In this document: positions 52,853-64,000 of the stretch, piece after piece
How positions within the stretch are numbered: position 1 is the stretch's first letter
Layout of the letters: each line of letters begins with the position of its first letter
Assembly: GCF_006345805.1 (NCBI RefSeq)
Contig: NC_043003.1
Span: forward strand, 61,318,001-61,382,000
Reading direction: 5' to 3'
Source: Octopus sinensis
Lineage: Eukaryota
Length of the DNA: 64,000 nt
Position numbers and translations under genes: made by a program
The notes under the pieces: generated by a model
Told to the model about the DNA's origin: nothing
Seen by the model: the letters and a program-made list of their open reading frames with translations, nothing else
Databases searched by the model: none

Positions 52853-53350
52853 CCATGGAGCTAATAAGCGGACAGCTTTTTTCTTATTTTTATAAGAATG
52901 CCATATTAGTATGGCGATAACTATTATTTTCCGGGAACGCTGCCGCTGTTCTCTTTTAGAGAGACTTAGTTATTTTAATATTTCTATTATTGAAAACAAG
53001 TGGATATATTCCACCGAAACTAGGTAAATAAAACCATCGAACAGAGATTGTCGGAAGCGACACCTACTGGCTGGCTACGCTGCATTGAAAAGGGGCAATA
53101 CCCGAAACGCGTCTGTAGCTGCCGGTCAAGTAGTGTGGAGCGACTGACCTCCCTTGTTCGAAGGTTATATGGATACAGTTTGTGTATCAAATAGCTAACT
53201 TAAGGCGATGGCCTCATGGAGCTAATAAGCGGACAGCTTTTTTCTTATTTTTATAAGAATGCCATATTAGTATGGCGATAACTATTATTTTCCGGGAACG
53301 CTGCCGCTGTTGTCTTTTAGAGAGACTTAGTTATTTTAATATTTCTATTA
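52853..53350 (+). repeat. Direct repeat (~135 bp; 52853-52990 and 53215-53350) bracketing a hammerhead; pLTR-like
   Basis: CATGGAGCTAATAAGCGGACAGC...TATTTCTATTAT occurs twice, near-identical, and ends in (TA)n. Confidence 0.85.
53079..53119 (+). ncRNA. Minimal type I hammerhead, U3-A8 core variant
   Basis: GCTGCA-TTGAAAA-GGG GCAATA CCC-GAA-ACGCGT-C-TGTAGC: 6-bp stem I (one G-U), palindromic stem III, GUC site. Confidence 0.75.
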
Positions 53351-53352
53351 TA

Positions 53353-53403
<51 letters not shown>

Positions 53404-53634
53404 ATAATATATATATATATAGATATTATAACATATATATATATATAATATAATATATATAAATGTATATATATTATATATAGTATTTATATAGTATGTA
53501 TGTATGTATGATGTATGTATGTATGATGTATTGTGTTAATTAAAATATTCGAAAGAAACGAAGGAATTTATCTGACAACCCAGTGTTAAGTGTGTGTGTG
53601 CATGCGTGTATATATGATTGTTTATCTATCTATC

Positions 53635-53656
53635 TATACATACATACATACATACA

Positions 53657-53688
<32 letters not shown>

Positions 53689-53717
53689 CATACATACATA
53701 CATACATAATACATACA

Positions 53718-53748
<31 letters not shown>

Positions 53749-54078
53749 AATACATACATCATACATACATACATACATACCTACTACATACATACATACA
53801 TACATACAACATACTACATACACCAATACATACATACATACAATACTACATACATACTACATACACATACATACATACATACATACATACATACATACAT
53901 ACATACATACATACTACATACATACATACATACATACATAACATACATACATACATACATACTACATACATACATACATACATACATACATACATACATA
54001 CATACATACATACATACATACATACATACATACATACATACATACATACATACATACATACTACATACATACATACAT
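53635..54078. repeat. (TACA)n microsatellite, degenerate
   Basis: Directly visible. Confidence 0.95.
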
Positions 54079-54482
54079 AGACTGCAGAAAAGAAATCATT
54101 TAACTATATTTCTTAAGCGAATATATTCAGCAGGAATTCGGTAGGAACTAATTTTAAATAATCTTCCGAAAGGAAATGATTTGTTGCTTCTCTTTACTCA
54201 ACGAAACTTTTCAATCTGAATCTGCATCAATTATTCACAGATGAAATTAATCTAAATCTTAATGGATTTTATCTTAATACGTGATAAATGTAATGTGTGT
54301 GTGTGTGTGTGTGTGGGCGTGTGGGCGTGTGCGTGTGTGTGTGTGTGTGTGAAAAATGCTTGATACAAAGTATTCTAAATACACCTTACCTGTTTTATAT
54401 AGCGACAAGTAATGAATTTTGCATTTCATAGCGTGCGTTATTAAGTAAAGGTAATCTGTGGAGAGTGGAGAGTGGAGAGTGG

Positions 54483-54750
54483 AGGCACATGGCCTAATGG
54501 TTAGAGCAGCGGACTCGCGGTCGAGGGATCGCGGGTTCAAATCTCAGACTGGGCGATGTGTGTGTTTATGAGCGAAACACCTAAGCTCCACGCGTCTACG
54601 GCTGAAGGTAATGGCAAACTTCTGCTGACTCGCCACAACTTTCTCTCACTCTTTCCTCCTGCATCTTGCAGCTCACCTTCGACGGACCGGAGTGCCGTCC
54701 AGGTGGGGAACCTATACGCCAGGCATTGCTCGAGAAGGAACAAACAATCT
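54483..54750 (+). mobile_element. SINE family D (tRNA-Arg-like head)
   Basis: GGCACATGGCCTAATGGTTAGAGCAGCGGACTCGCGGTCGAGGGATCGCGGGTTCAAATCTC. The tail CCGTCCAG.TGGGGAACCTAT.CGCCA..GCTCG.GAAGGAACAAACAA is shared with 48294-48390. Confidence 0.75.
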
Positions 54751-55733
54751 GTGGAGGAGGTACCAAGATGAATCTGCGATCCGGTTTCCATTCATTTTCA
54801 AAAGTAGTTTACAAAGTATCCGTAATCCACTGGAATCAAGTAAATTGACTATTCTTCTCTGACTGGTGTTACTTTCATTATATTACATAGCAGCAGAAAT
54901 ACAGAGTATCCTGCGATATCCCTAAGTCTTTCAAATAAGACGCAATAGCAGAAGCATGATCACTCTTGAACTCTAGCCGCCCACATTGTACTTTTTACTT
55001 TTAACTATCCATTTTGGTTCACCCCGTGATGGCTGAATCCATTTAGTTTTACTTGGACCGTCCACCCCTTTAACATGATGGACTAGCCTAGCGTCTGTTC
55101 ATCAGCTATAAAATGAGAAGTTTTGACCCGCTAAGTCCCAGGGAGGAGAGTTCTGCGGCGAGCGACCTGGGACCTTGATGTGAGAACAGTTTGATTTCAC
55201 TGTGCAGTTTTCAGCTTGAACAGAATTCAAACCAGAATCCTTGACGTTCTGCTTCGCGTCTTACCAATGCTTGAATAGAATTGTAGCCAGAATTTTTGTG
55301 ATGCTGTACTTCAGGTTTTTCTAAGCTTTCAATCTTCATTTTTATGAGAATCTAAAACTATACAATCTATTGACAAATATTGATGTCCTACTAGTTTGCT
55401 GTTTCTAATTTTAGCATTAGTAATATAAGTGTTTCTGTGCGGTCAATTGCAATTTGTCTTTGAATTTGTGATTTAATATCTATTCTGACGTCATGTAACA
55501 TAATATATCAGATCTTAAACCGCAATTCATACAACCACATTCATACCTTATAGCTAAAACACGACCAAGGTCTCTATACGGTCATATTGGGTCTATGTAA
55601 TTCTGCTTAATAATCCTGGAGTCTTTAGCTATAATTATTTACCCTATATGACGTATTCAGTACTCTTTTCATTGTGTGTCCACTCGCACACAGACCAACA
55701 TATACGCATTCACGTGGACTCTCTCTTTCTCTT

Positions 55734-55786
<53 letters not shown>

Positions 55787-55883
55787 TCACGCACGCGCGC
55801 GGACAATCTGGCCTAACACACACCAATACATATTTCTCCGTCACTCCCGACTTTTTTCTTTCGTCTACATTTTTCTTCCTAAC

Positions 55884-55917
55884 TTTCTGAAGAAGAACTT
55901 AAACTCGAAACGTCAAA
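55884..55917 (+). ncRNA. Minimal hammerhead motif, stem II eroded
   Basis: TTT-CTGAAGA-A-GAAC TTAA ACTC-GAA-ACGT-C-AAA. Confidence 0.5.
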
Positions 55918-56092
55918 CACTTTCTTAATCCCTCATTGAGCGTCAAACATTGTTTCCACTTCGTTTCTGAGACTTCTATCCTTGTCGTTGATTTTCAACG
56001 CATATCTGTCTATTTATCTACCTATCTATCTACCTACCTATCTATCTGCCTACCTATCTATCTACCTATCTATCTATCTACCTACCTACATA

Positions 56093-56145
<53 letters not shown>

Positions 56146-57190
56146 TATCTTGCTGCCCTTTATTTAAAGTCGTTTTGTTTGAAATTAATCTCATGTGGTC
56201 GCTTTTGGCAGCTTAGGATAACGAAAAAAAAACCCACGGGCTTCATTATTATTTAACCATTCATCAGGAATTTCAACTGTCCCCACTTCTGCTGGCGATG
56301 ATAGCACCTGAAAGCTATTGATTAAAATGTAAACAAGTATGTTCCTAGGCATAGACACATTTGTACAATGAAACAAGCCTGACGGCCGAATAATAATTAC
56401 AAAATGGGTTATGATATTGTATATAAGTTTGTGTGTGAGAGAGAAAAGATTGTTTCCGTGCGTCAAAATGTAAGGCAGAGAATTTTACGTGCTTGTATGA
56501 CAGTATGTGTGTGTGCATGTGAGTGAGAGTGTATATGCGCATTTATGTGCGCATATATGTGTGTGCGTGTTTCAGAAAGAGAAGGAGATTGCTTGCTACT
56601 TACGTAGATGTATATATGTTTGGAAGTGACAGAAATAAAACGCGGAAAAATACATTGTTAATACGTGAGTGTGTGTGTAAACAAGAAAGAGAGAGAGAGA
56701 GAAGAACAAAAGAGAATTACTTACGTTCAGAAATTCATTTAGACTGATAATCCCCGTTACTACCGAACGCTGCAATCTATGTGCAACTAACAAGGCAGGA
56801 ATATTACCAAATAGTGTAGGCGTTTTGATGAATACCATAAAATGTTTTAAGTGTATTTTGGTCCATTTAGCATTTATTTAACTAATTATTCACTTGTTTG
56901 CATTTCTGTATTCAGTTCCATCATCTACAAGCCAAGATCATGTCTCTTCTTCAATTTCTGTTATATTTCTGATCACAGTTCGCTGCGCAGTGAAGAAGTT
57001 TAACTAGACGATTATTGCATTTTGCCCGTCTTTACGTTTTGAGTTCAAATTCCGCTGACAGCGATTTTGCCTTTCATCCTTCCAGAATCGATGAAATAAA
57101 TGCCAGTTAAACATTAGAGTCGATGTAATCAAAGAGTCCTCTCCACCAAAATTTGAAGCCTTATGCCTATAGTAGAAAGGACTACTACTT

Positions 57191-57248
<58 letters not shown>

Positions 57249-58268
57249 AGTGTTCGTTTGACCAACCATTGGTTTTTCAGTGGACTTTACTAAACAGAAA
57301 TTGCGTAGCAGCCCGACGCATGCGCGCGCTCACACACACATACATACACACACACACACACAACATATAATAGTTCACGTATCCAGTGTAATCTATTTAT
57401 ATTTCCTTTTCGCATTACCGCTTTCAGTTTCATTTGATGACATTTTCCAGACATCTTGTAGATAAATCCAACAGCGGCGCTGAACAACATTTATCCGCAA
57501 AAAATACGCAGTTTTAAAAAAAAAAATGCTCCAGGAAAGAACTGTTTGAATGAGAACAAAAAATTGATGTCTTACTTTTATGGATATATGAATAGAAATG
57601 AAAATGTGGAAGTACCGTATGAATGTAGTTACTTAAGAGTTACCAAGCTACAGATACTTTGCCCTTTCCGCCTGACTTAAGGCTTAAGAACTCCACACTC
57701 TACTCCCCACTCTCCGTACAGGCACACAACGTATCGACATACAGCATATGTGGTTACAGACATCGGCGGCGGTGCTGGTAGTAATGGAGTCGGTGACTGC
57801 CGTGTTGGCAGCGACGGTGACAATGCTTGTGGTTGAAGTGGTGGTGGTGGTGGTGGTGGTGATGGTAGTAGCGGCGTTTGCGACGTTTACGGTGTTGACG
57901 GCGGTGGTGGAGGCCGCGGTGATGGCGCTGATGCTGGTTGTTGACGACAGCGGTTACGGGGGATGACGAGCGGTGTCTTTGCTGCCAGCTGTAGTCATAC
58001 TGTTCTTATTGATTGTGTTGTTGCTTGTTGCTGATATTTAGTCTCATCTACCCAAGATCAAAGACATTTCATTCAGCTTTTAAAATACGCCAGGATACCC
58101 CATTACCTCATGTTATAGTCTTTATTTTATATGGAGTAGTTAATCTTGTTCTTATTGCAGTTGTTGTTGGTCGTTAATGAGTTAGTGAAGAATGGTAAGG
58201 ATGGTAGTTTACTGGTTTTGTTGTTAATGGTAGGCGACAAATAGTGACGGTTATGAAAATAGATAAAC

Positions 58269-58373
<105 letters not shown>

Positions 58374-58867
58374 TAGAGAGAGATGAGTGTATGGTCTGCG
58401 TATGTGTGTTTATATATATTTATATTTCTAAGCGTATATTTCTGTTCGTGTTGTCGTACAGTCCAGAAAGATAACATTATCTGAAACCGAGGAAGTGCAT
58501 GTAATATCTTGTAATAATTGGCATTTAATAAGCTATGTAATATATATTGTATAATATTCCATAGTAATTTAGTAAATATGATTACATCTAAAATAAATGT
58601 GGAATAAGCTGCCGGACGAGATAGTGAAAATGCCGACGACCGCTCGGTTCAAAGTCTCTCTTGACCAGAAATGTCCTGAACTCTTTACATGAACACCCTC
58701 CCTGTACATAACTCCATGTCCCCCTACATGGCCTTGCTTTTTGCTTTTTGAGCCAAAAATTTACTTAACTTAACTTAAATGTAAACGAATTTACATTTCA
58801 GATTCAACATGTAAATTAGTTCTGAAACAAAAAGATAATCCGTAGACTTCGCATTGTGTGTGTGTGT

Positions 58868-58902
<35 letters not shown>

Positions 58903-59057
58903 TACATATATACACACATACACACACACACATATACACATATATGCATTTTTTGTGAAGTTATTTATAAAATCAATTTAGCATTAAATTGAATGGATTA
59001 CACAATAGTTTTTAATGGAGTATATATGAATTTTTAACAAGGGAACGTTTGACAGTA

Positions 59058-59124
59058 GCTTCGAAGTTTCAGCTTGCTCGCCGTCATCACTATGGTAACG
59101 GTGAGCAAGCTGAAACTTCGAAGT
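59058..59124 (+). other. 27-bp hairpin with 13-nt loop (pre-miRNA-like)
   Basis: GCTTCGAAGTTTCAGCTTGCTCGCCGT / ACGGTGAGCAAGCTGAAACTTCGAAGT; 25 Watson-Crick pairs plus 2 G-U. Confidence 0.5.
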
Positions 59125-59420
59125 CATTTTTCATTGCAAAAGGGAATTCGCACACGCGCGCGCGCACGCACACATACATTTATGCATATACACACACATC
59201 ACCCACGCACGTACACACGTATACATTTATACATACACACACACATGTTCACACACATATACAGACACATACCAACAAGTATTCTTTAGCACTCTCTTGC
59301 TATTAAAACCACATTACCCTTCCAGCTTCTGTTTAGTCAGCGGTCGAACATGTTAAGATAACCCACACGCATTTTCCCCTGGGTCTTTTCTTCCATGTCT
59401 CTTCCTGGATTTTCTTGTGG

Positions 59421-59454
59421 TGTCTGATGAAGGACTATGTCCCAAACGTTATAG
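59421..59454 (+). ncRNA. Degenerate minimal hammerhead motif
   Basis: TGT-CTGATGA-A-GGAC TAT GTCC-CAA-ACGT-T-ATA; G12 is replaced by C. Confidence 0.4.
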
Positions 59455-59530
59455 TTTATAACTTCTTTCCTTCTTTGTGTGTCCACCTAAGAATAGTATA
59501 ATATTCCCTTGAACTTTTGTTTCTCTTTAT

Positions 59531-59620
<90 letters not shown>

Positions 59621-59969
59621 ATATATATAATACAGCCTACATTTAAACACATTAAGAGGTTTCCATCATAGGACTCCCTTACGCTAGAAGGAACAGCTAA
59701 AGTCCAAACCACTAATTAGGGGTAAATTCTCGAAGGGAATGAAAAATAAAAACATTTACCATATATTTCCTGGACCATGGTTTCTGACTTATTTTAGCAA
59801 TAATAATTATATGAATAATATATAGTCTATTGACTAATTTTTCTATACGCGAGGCCACTGGTAGTAAAAATTTCTAAAATCTTTATTACCCTGATATTAT
59901 TAATTATATATATATATATTTCGTTTTGGGATTTGGTTTGCAAGATTTTTATGTGAGTTCGTGTGTTGA

Positions 59970-60227
59970 AGCATATTCTGTTATCTCTGGGGAGTTATTC
60001 TCTTTTAGTGCCTTATAATTTAACACCGATATAATTTCCACTCATTTACTTATTTATTTTTCTAAAATTTTCGTTGCGTCTTGCAACATTTTCAATATTG
60101 AAAAGATTGCAAGACGCAACAAAAATTTTAGAAAAGTAAATAAGTAAATGAGTGGAAATTTTATCAGTGAGTGTGTTAAATTATTAGGCACTAAAAAAGA
60201 ATGACTCTTCTCAGGCACAACAGTATG
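59970..60227. repeat. ~125-bp-arm palindrome with hammerhead-like TTGAAAA motifs at its centre
   Basis: Symmetry axis at CAATATTG (~60093-60100). Each arm reads TTGAAAA-N-(G/A)TTGC AAGAC GCAAC-(G/A)AAAATTTTAG. Confidence 0.75.
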
Positions 60228-61000
60228 TATATATATATATATATATATATATTATTGACACTGGCTAATCGCAACACCACCGCCTGTTCCAGCACTGTTT
60301 TTCTATTTATCGCTCGCGGTGAGATGAGATGCTGCTATCCCTAGTGGTCAAACGTCCATCATTGACGAGGCCAAGGAAAGTTGAAATCAAGTGATTTGAT
60401 GGTCTCTGCGCTGGAGATTGCCGTGATTTATCTCCCCTCTAGCGATATAAACAAGAGAGCATTTCGCACCAAAACTCAATATCAGAGTTTCTCTCACGGT
60501 ATCCACCGCAGTATAGTTTGTTCTTACAGAACATCTACATTTAAAATGGCATTGACATTACCTCTCTGAGACATATATATATATATACATACATACATAC
60601 ATACATACATACATGCATACATACATACATACATACATACATACATACATACATACATACATACATACATACATACATACATACATACATAGAGAGACAG
60701 GGAAAGAAAGAATTTTGTAACAAGAATAATATTGACAGCTACTTCAAAGTTTCGACCAGCTAAGCCCTCTTCGAAGTCACTGTCAATAATATTTTTATTA
60801 AAGAATAATATTTATATTCTCTACAATACTACGGAGTAACTCTTTATATTAATGTAAAATTGTTTTTTATTATAACTGAACATAAAAAGAATCATTAAAA
60901 TGTGTATGTATGTATGTATGTATGTATGTATGTATGTATGTATGTATGTATGTATGTATGTATGTATGTATGTATGTATGTATGTATGTATGTATGTATG

Positions 61001-61466
61001 TAGAGTCGGACCTAAGGAGGAGACTGAGGGGCACGTGCCCCACTCACTAAAAGAAATGCGCCCTTCTGAATGTTCTTATACCTTTTTTCTCTTGGAATTG
61101 TATTCCTTTCTGTCCTTGTGCACTCCCTTCGAAAACTTCCTAGGACCGCGCCTGGATGTAAGTATGTATGTATGTATGTATGTATGTATGTATGTATGTA
61201 TGTATGTATGTATGTATGTTGTATGTATGTATGTATATGTATGTATGTATGTATGTATGTTATGTATGTATGTATGTATGTATGTATGTATGTATGTATG
61301 TATGTAGAGTCGGACCTAAGGAGGAGACTGAGGGGCACGTGCCCCACTCACTAAAAGAAATGCGCCCTTCTGAATGTTCTTATACCTTTTTTCTCTTGGA
61401 ATTGTATTCCTTTCTGTCCTTGTGCACTCCCTTCGAAAACTTCCTAGGACCGGGCCTGGTATGTAA
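61001..61466. repeat. Tandem duplication of a ~158-bp MITE-like unit inside (TATG)n
   Basis: TAGAGTCGGACCTAAGG...GGGGCACGTGCCCC...CCTAGGACCG(C/G)GCCTGG at ~61001-61160 and ~61304-61466; imperfect terminal inverted repeats. Confidence 0.85.
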
Positions 61467-61558
61467 GTATGTATGTATGTATGTATGTATGTATGTATGT
61501 ATGTATGTATGTATGTATGTATGTATGTTTGTGTGTGTGTGTATGTGTGGTGTGTGTG

Positions 61559-61592
<34 letters not shown>

Positions 61593-62076
61593 GGAGCGTT
61601 CTGTCATTTTGTATTTGCAGGGCAACAATACCCAGTGTGTCCTTTCTTTTTGAGGACGATTTGTACTTCAAAGGAGTTTCGCTGTTATTTTGGGGTGGAA
61701 CGATCGACTGACTGACTGACCGTGCGACGACTCATACTTTGTGAAAGTAATAATTATTTTATCGTCATGTGACCAAGTGATATTTAATGCCTTCACACAC
61801 ACACACACACACCCAAACACTCACAAACACAAACACACGATAGCAATGTATGGAAGACAAGCTAACACAGATTACATAACACAAGATTTATTGAATCTTT
61901 CGATGTGAAAAGGAAGTAAAATATATTATCGTTCAAAATATAAACAGATATCTCTGTATATCTAAACAGCTTCTCATGACCAATAATCTTTCAGATACAA
62001 GGAGAAGAATAGTTTATCCCGTTTGCTTCCAACAACGCCGAGTACTTTCAATTTTTAATTTTCAGTTTTATTTTCA

Positions 62077-62465
62077 AGGCGGCGAGCTGGCGGAAACGTT
62101 AGCAAGCCGGGCGAAATGCTGAGCGGTATTTCGTCTGCCGTTACGTTCTGAGTTCAAATTCCACCGAGGTCGACTTTCCCTTTCATCCTTTCGGGGTCGA
62201 TAAATTAAGTACCAGTTACGCACTGGGGTCGATGTAATCGACTTAATACCTTTGTCTATCCTTGTTTGTCCCGTCTATGTTTAGACCCTTGTGGGCAATA
62301 AAGAAATAGGTATTTCGCCTGTCTTTGCGTTCTGAGCTCAAATTCTGCTGAGGTCGACTTTGCCTTTCGGGGTCGATAAATTAAGCACCAGTTGCGTACT
62401 GGGATCGATCTAATCGACTGGCCCCACTCCCTAAAAATTTCGGACCTTGTGCCTAGAGTAGGAAA
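62077..62465 (+). mobile_element. SINE family A, composite, near consensus
   Basis: Head, two cores and tail CCTTGTGCCTAGAGTAGGAAA. Confidence 0.88.
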
Positions 62466-62634
62466 TAATATAAATGTATTCACCACTCAAATCTACATTA
62501 ACCATCAATAAAATTATACGAAGGGCTGTTATGTTTTTTGACATTAAATTGCACAAACTAGTCTATGTCTTTATTTCATTGTTTGGGGCTTAATTCTTGC
62601 TGGATTTGACACTGCCTAACGGTTTGCTTGCTCT

Positions 62635-62714
62635 CTTATTCTCTCTCTCTCTCTCTCTCTCTCTCCCTCTCTTCTCTCTCTCCTCTCTCTCTCTCCTCTC
62701 TTCTCTCTCTCTCC

Positions 62715-62752
<38 letters not shown>

Positions 62753-62757
62753 CTCTC

Positions 62758-62795
<38 letters not shown>
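62635..62795. repeat. (TC)n microsatellite
   Basis: Directly visible. Confidence 0.95.
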
Positions 62796-62976
62796 GATCC
62801 CCCCTTTGGTCTCTATTTTTCAATTAAATATACAGCATAGCTCGATACAGAGGCGGGCAAAAATAGTTATACAATTGCTTAATATGAGTGCAATGTTCTT
62901 TTCATTTCTCTGTTTCATTTAAACCTAAGCTATTCGTAGCTCAACTATGCAACTGTACACCTTGTGTCCAGCACTG

Positions 62977-63063
<87 letters not shown>

Positions 63064-63399
63064 TGTGTGCGTGTGTATGTATGTATGTATGTATGTATGT
63101 ATGTATGTATGTATGTATGTATGTATGTATGTTGATATAATTATGAAGAAATAATTAAGTTTTCTCTGGATAGTTTGTGCCATTTCCGTCGACTCTTGAA
63201 TGTTTCATGCTGCTAACGATAGGAAAATTCACAGGAGTTTCTGTAACCATGAAGATTTTCAATTTGATTAATCTCAGAATTATGATAATCCTCAACGAGC
63301 TGCAAATGGCTTACTTTAGATAAAAGCAATTCCGTGTGGTTTCAATCGACTTTATAAGCTGTAAGATCCATGAGAGAATTTGACTGTTAATGTACGATA

Positions 63400-63662
63400 A
63401 TATAAAGTAAGTGGCAGCGAATCGTAGGTTCATAGTGTCGGTTACACGGTCACCATAGCATATAAGTGAGTTAGATCATAACGTTCACCACACCTCACGG
63501 AACGGGATGCCAGCTCGTCGCAAGTATATTCATTTACAGCTGAGTTGACTGGAGCAACTTGAAATGAAGTGTTTCGCTCAAGAACTCGACGCTCCGCCCT
63601 GTCCGAGAATCGAAATCGCGATCTTGCAATCGTGAATACAACACCCTAACCACTAAGCTTTC
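63400..63662 (-). mobile_element. SINE family C, tail type 3
   Basis: Core CAGCTGAGT.GACTGGAGCAAC.TGAAATGAAGTG and tRNA-like head on the minus strand. Confidence 0.7.
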
Positions 63663-64000
63663 ACATTAATATAATACTCAGTATTTAAAGAATTCTACTG
63701 CTGTTAACATTTTTAAAACAATATTCCTTGGGTATGTTTGTATCTGTCACAAACATATCACAACGCTTTTGATAAGATATAGACAGGCGATCACCCAGAA
63801 GCAAGCCTGTGATATAAAATTTGTCACGTGATATTCCGATGTCCTACAGATATAGATTACTCACAAATTATCTCTAGTATCATATCTAGCTGACTTGTTT
63901 GAACAGAACCTCAATTCCTAATGGCCAAGAAACTCAATCTGATAATCATTGAAAAAATTTCTCCATCACGGGGACAACGTTAGTGTGAGAAATAAATATT

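Noticed and set aside
55060-55115. Minus-strand CTGATGA as a hammerhead
   Set aside because: No GAAA or stem III downstream.
57745-57990. GC-rich Gly/Val/Thr-rich ORF as a host exon
   Set aside because: Degenerate (GGT/GAC) trinucleotide low-complexity sequence; the Gly-rich frame has stops and no splice or homology support is visible.

Overview
Very AT-rich, microsatellite-saturated eukaryotic DNA. The SINE repertoire and the (TA)n/(TATG)n/(GATA)n load point to a cephalopod, most likely Octopus (inferred from recalled repeat types, not searched). I could not support any host protein-coding exon; almost all long ORFs in the track are microsatellite artefacts. Supported content: (i) dozens of tRNA-derived SINE copies from at least four families; (ii) several Penelope-like element (PLE) remnants, including a 5'-truncated RT+GIY-YIG copy with a ~0.95 kb inverted terminal duplication (25063-27978); (iii) a near full-length mariner with intact TIRs (32998-34284), plus other Tc1/mariner, Tigger/pogo and hAT remnants; (iv) Tx1/L1-like, CR1 and REL-endonuclease LINE fragments; (v) an intron-containing elongator tRNA-Met(CAT) gene (11344-11437, minus). 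The strongest hidden signal is a dense set of about a dozen type I hammerhead ribozyme motifs, several in PLE-type terminal repeats. They belong to several sequence-unrelated families: U3-A8 covariant cores (TTGAAAA in place of CTGANGA), forms with a long branched stem II, and minimal forms with a palindromic stem III. Other notable items are a pre-miRNA-like 27-bp hairpin, a templated inverted insertion splitting a SINE, an 8x amplification of a transposase HTH segment, and tail-to-tail SINE pairs able to form long dsRNA. All folds and alignments were done by eye, and repeat boundaries are approximate.
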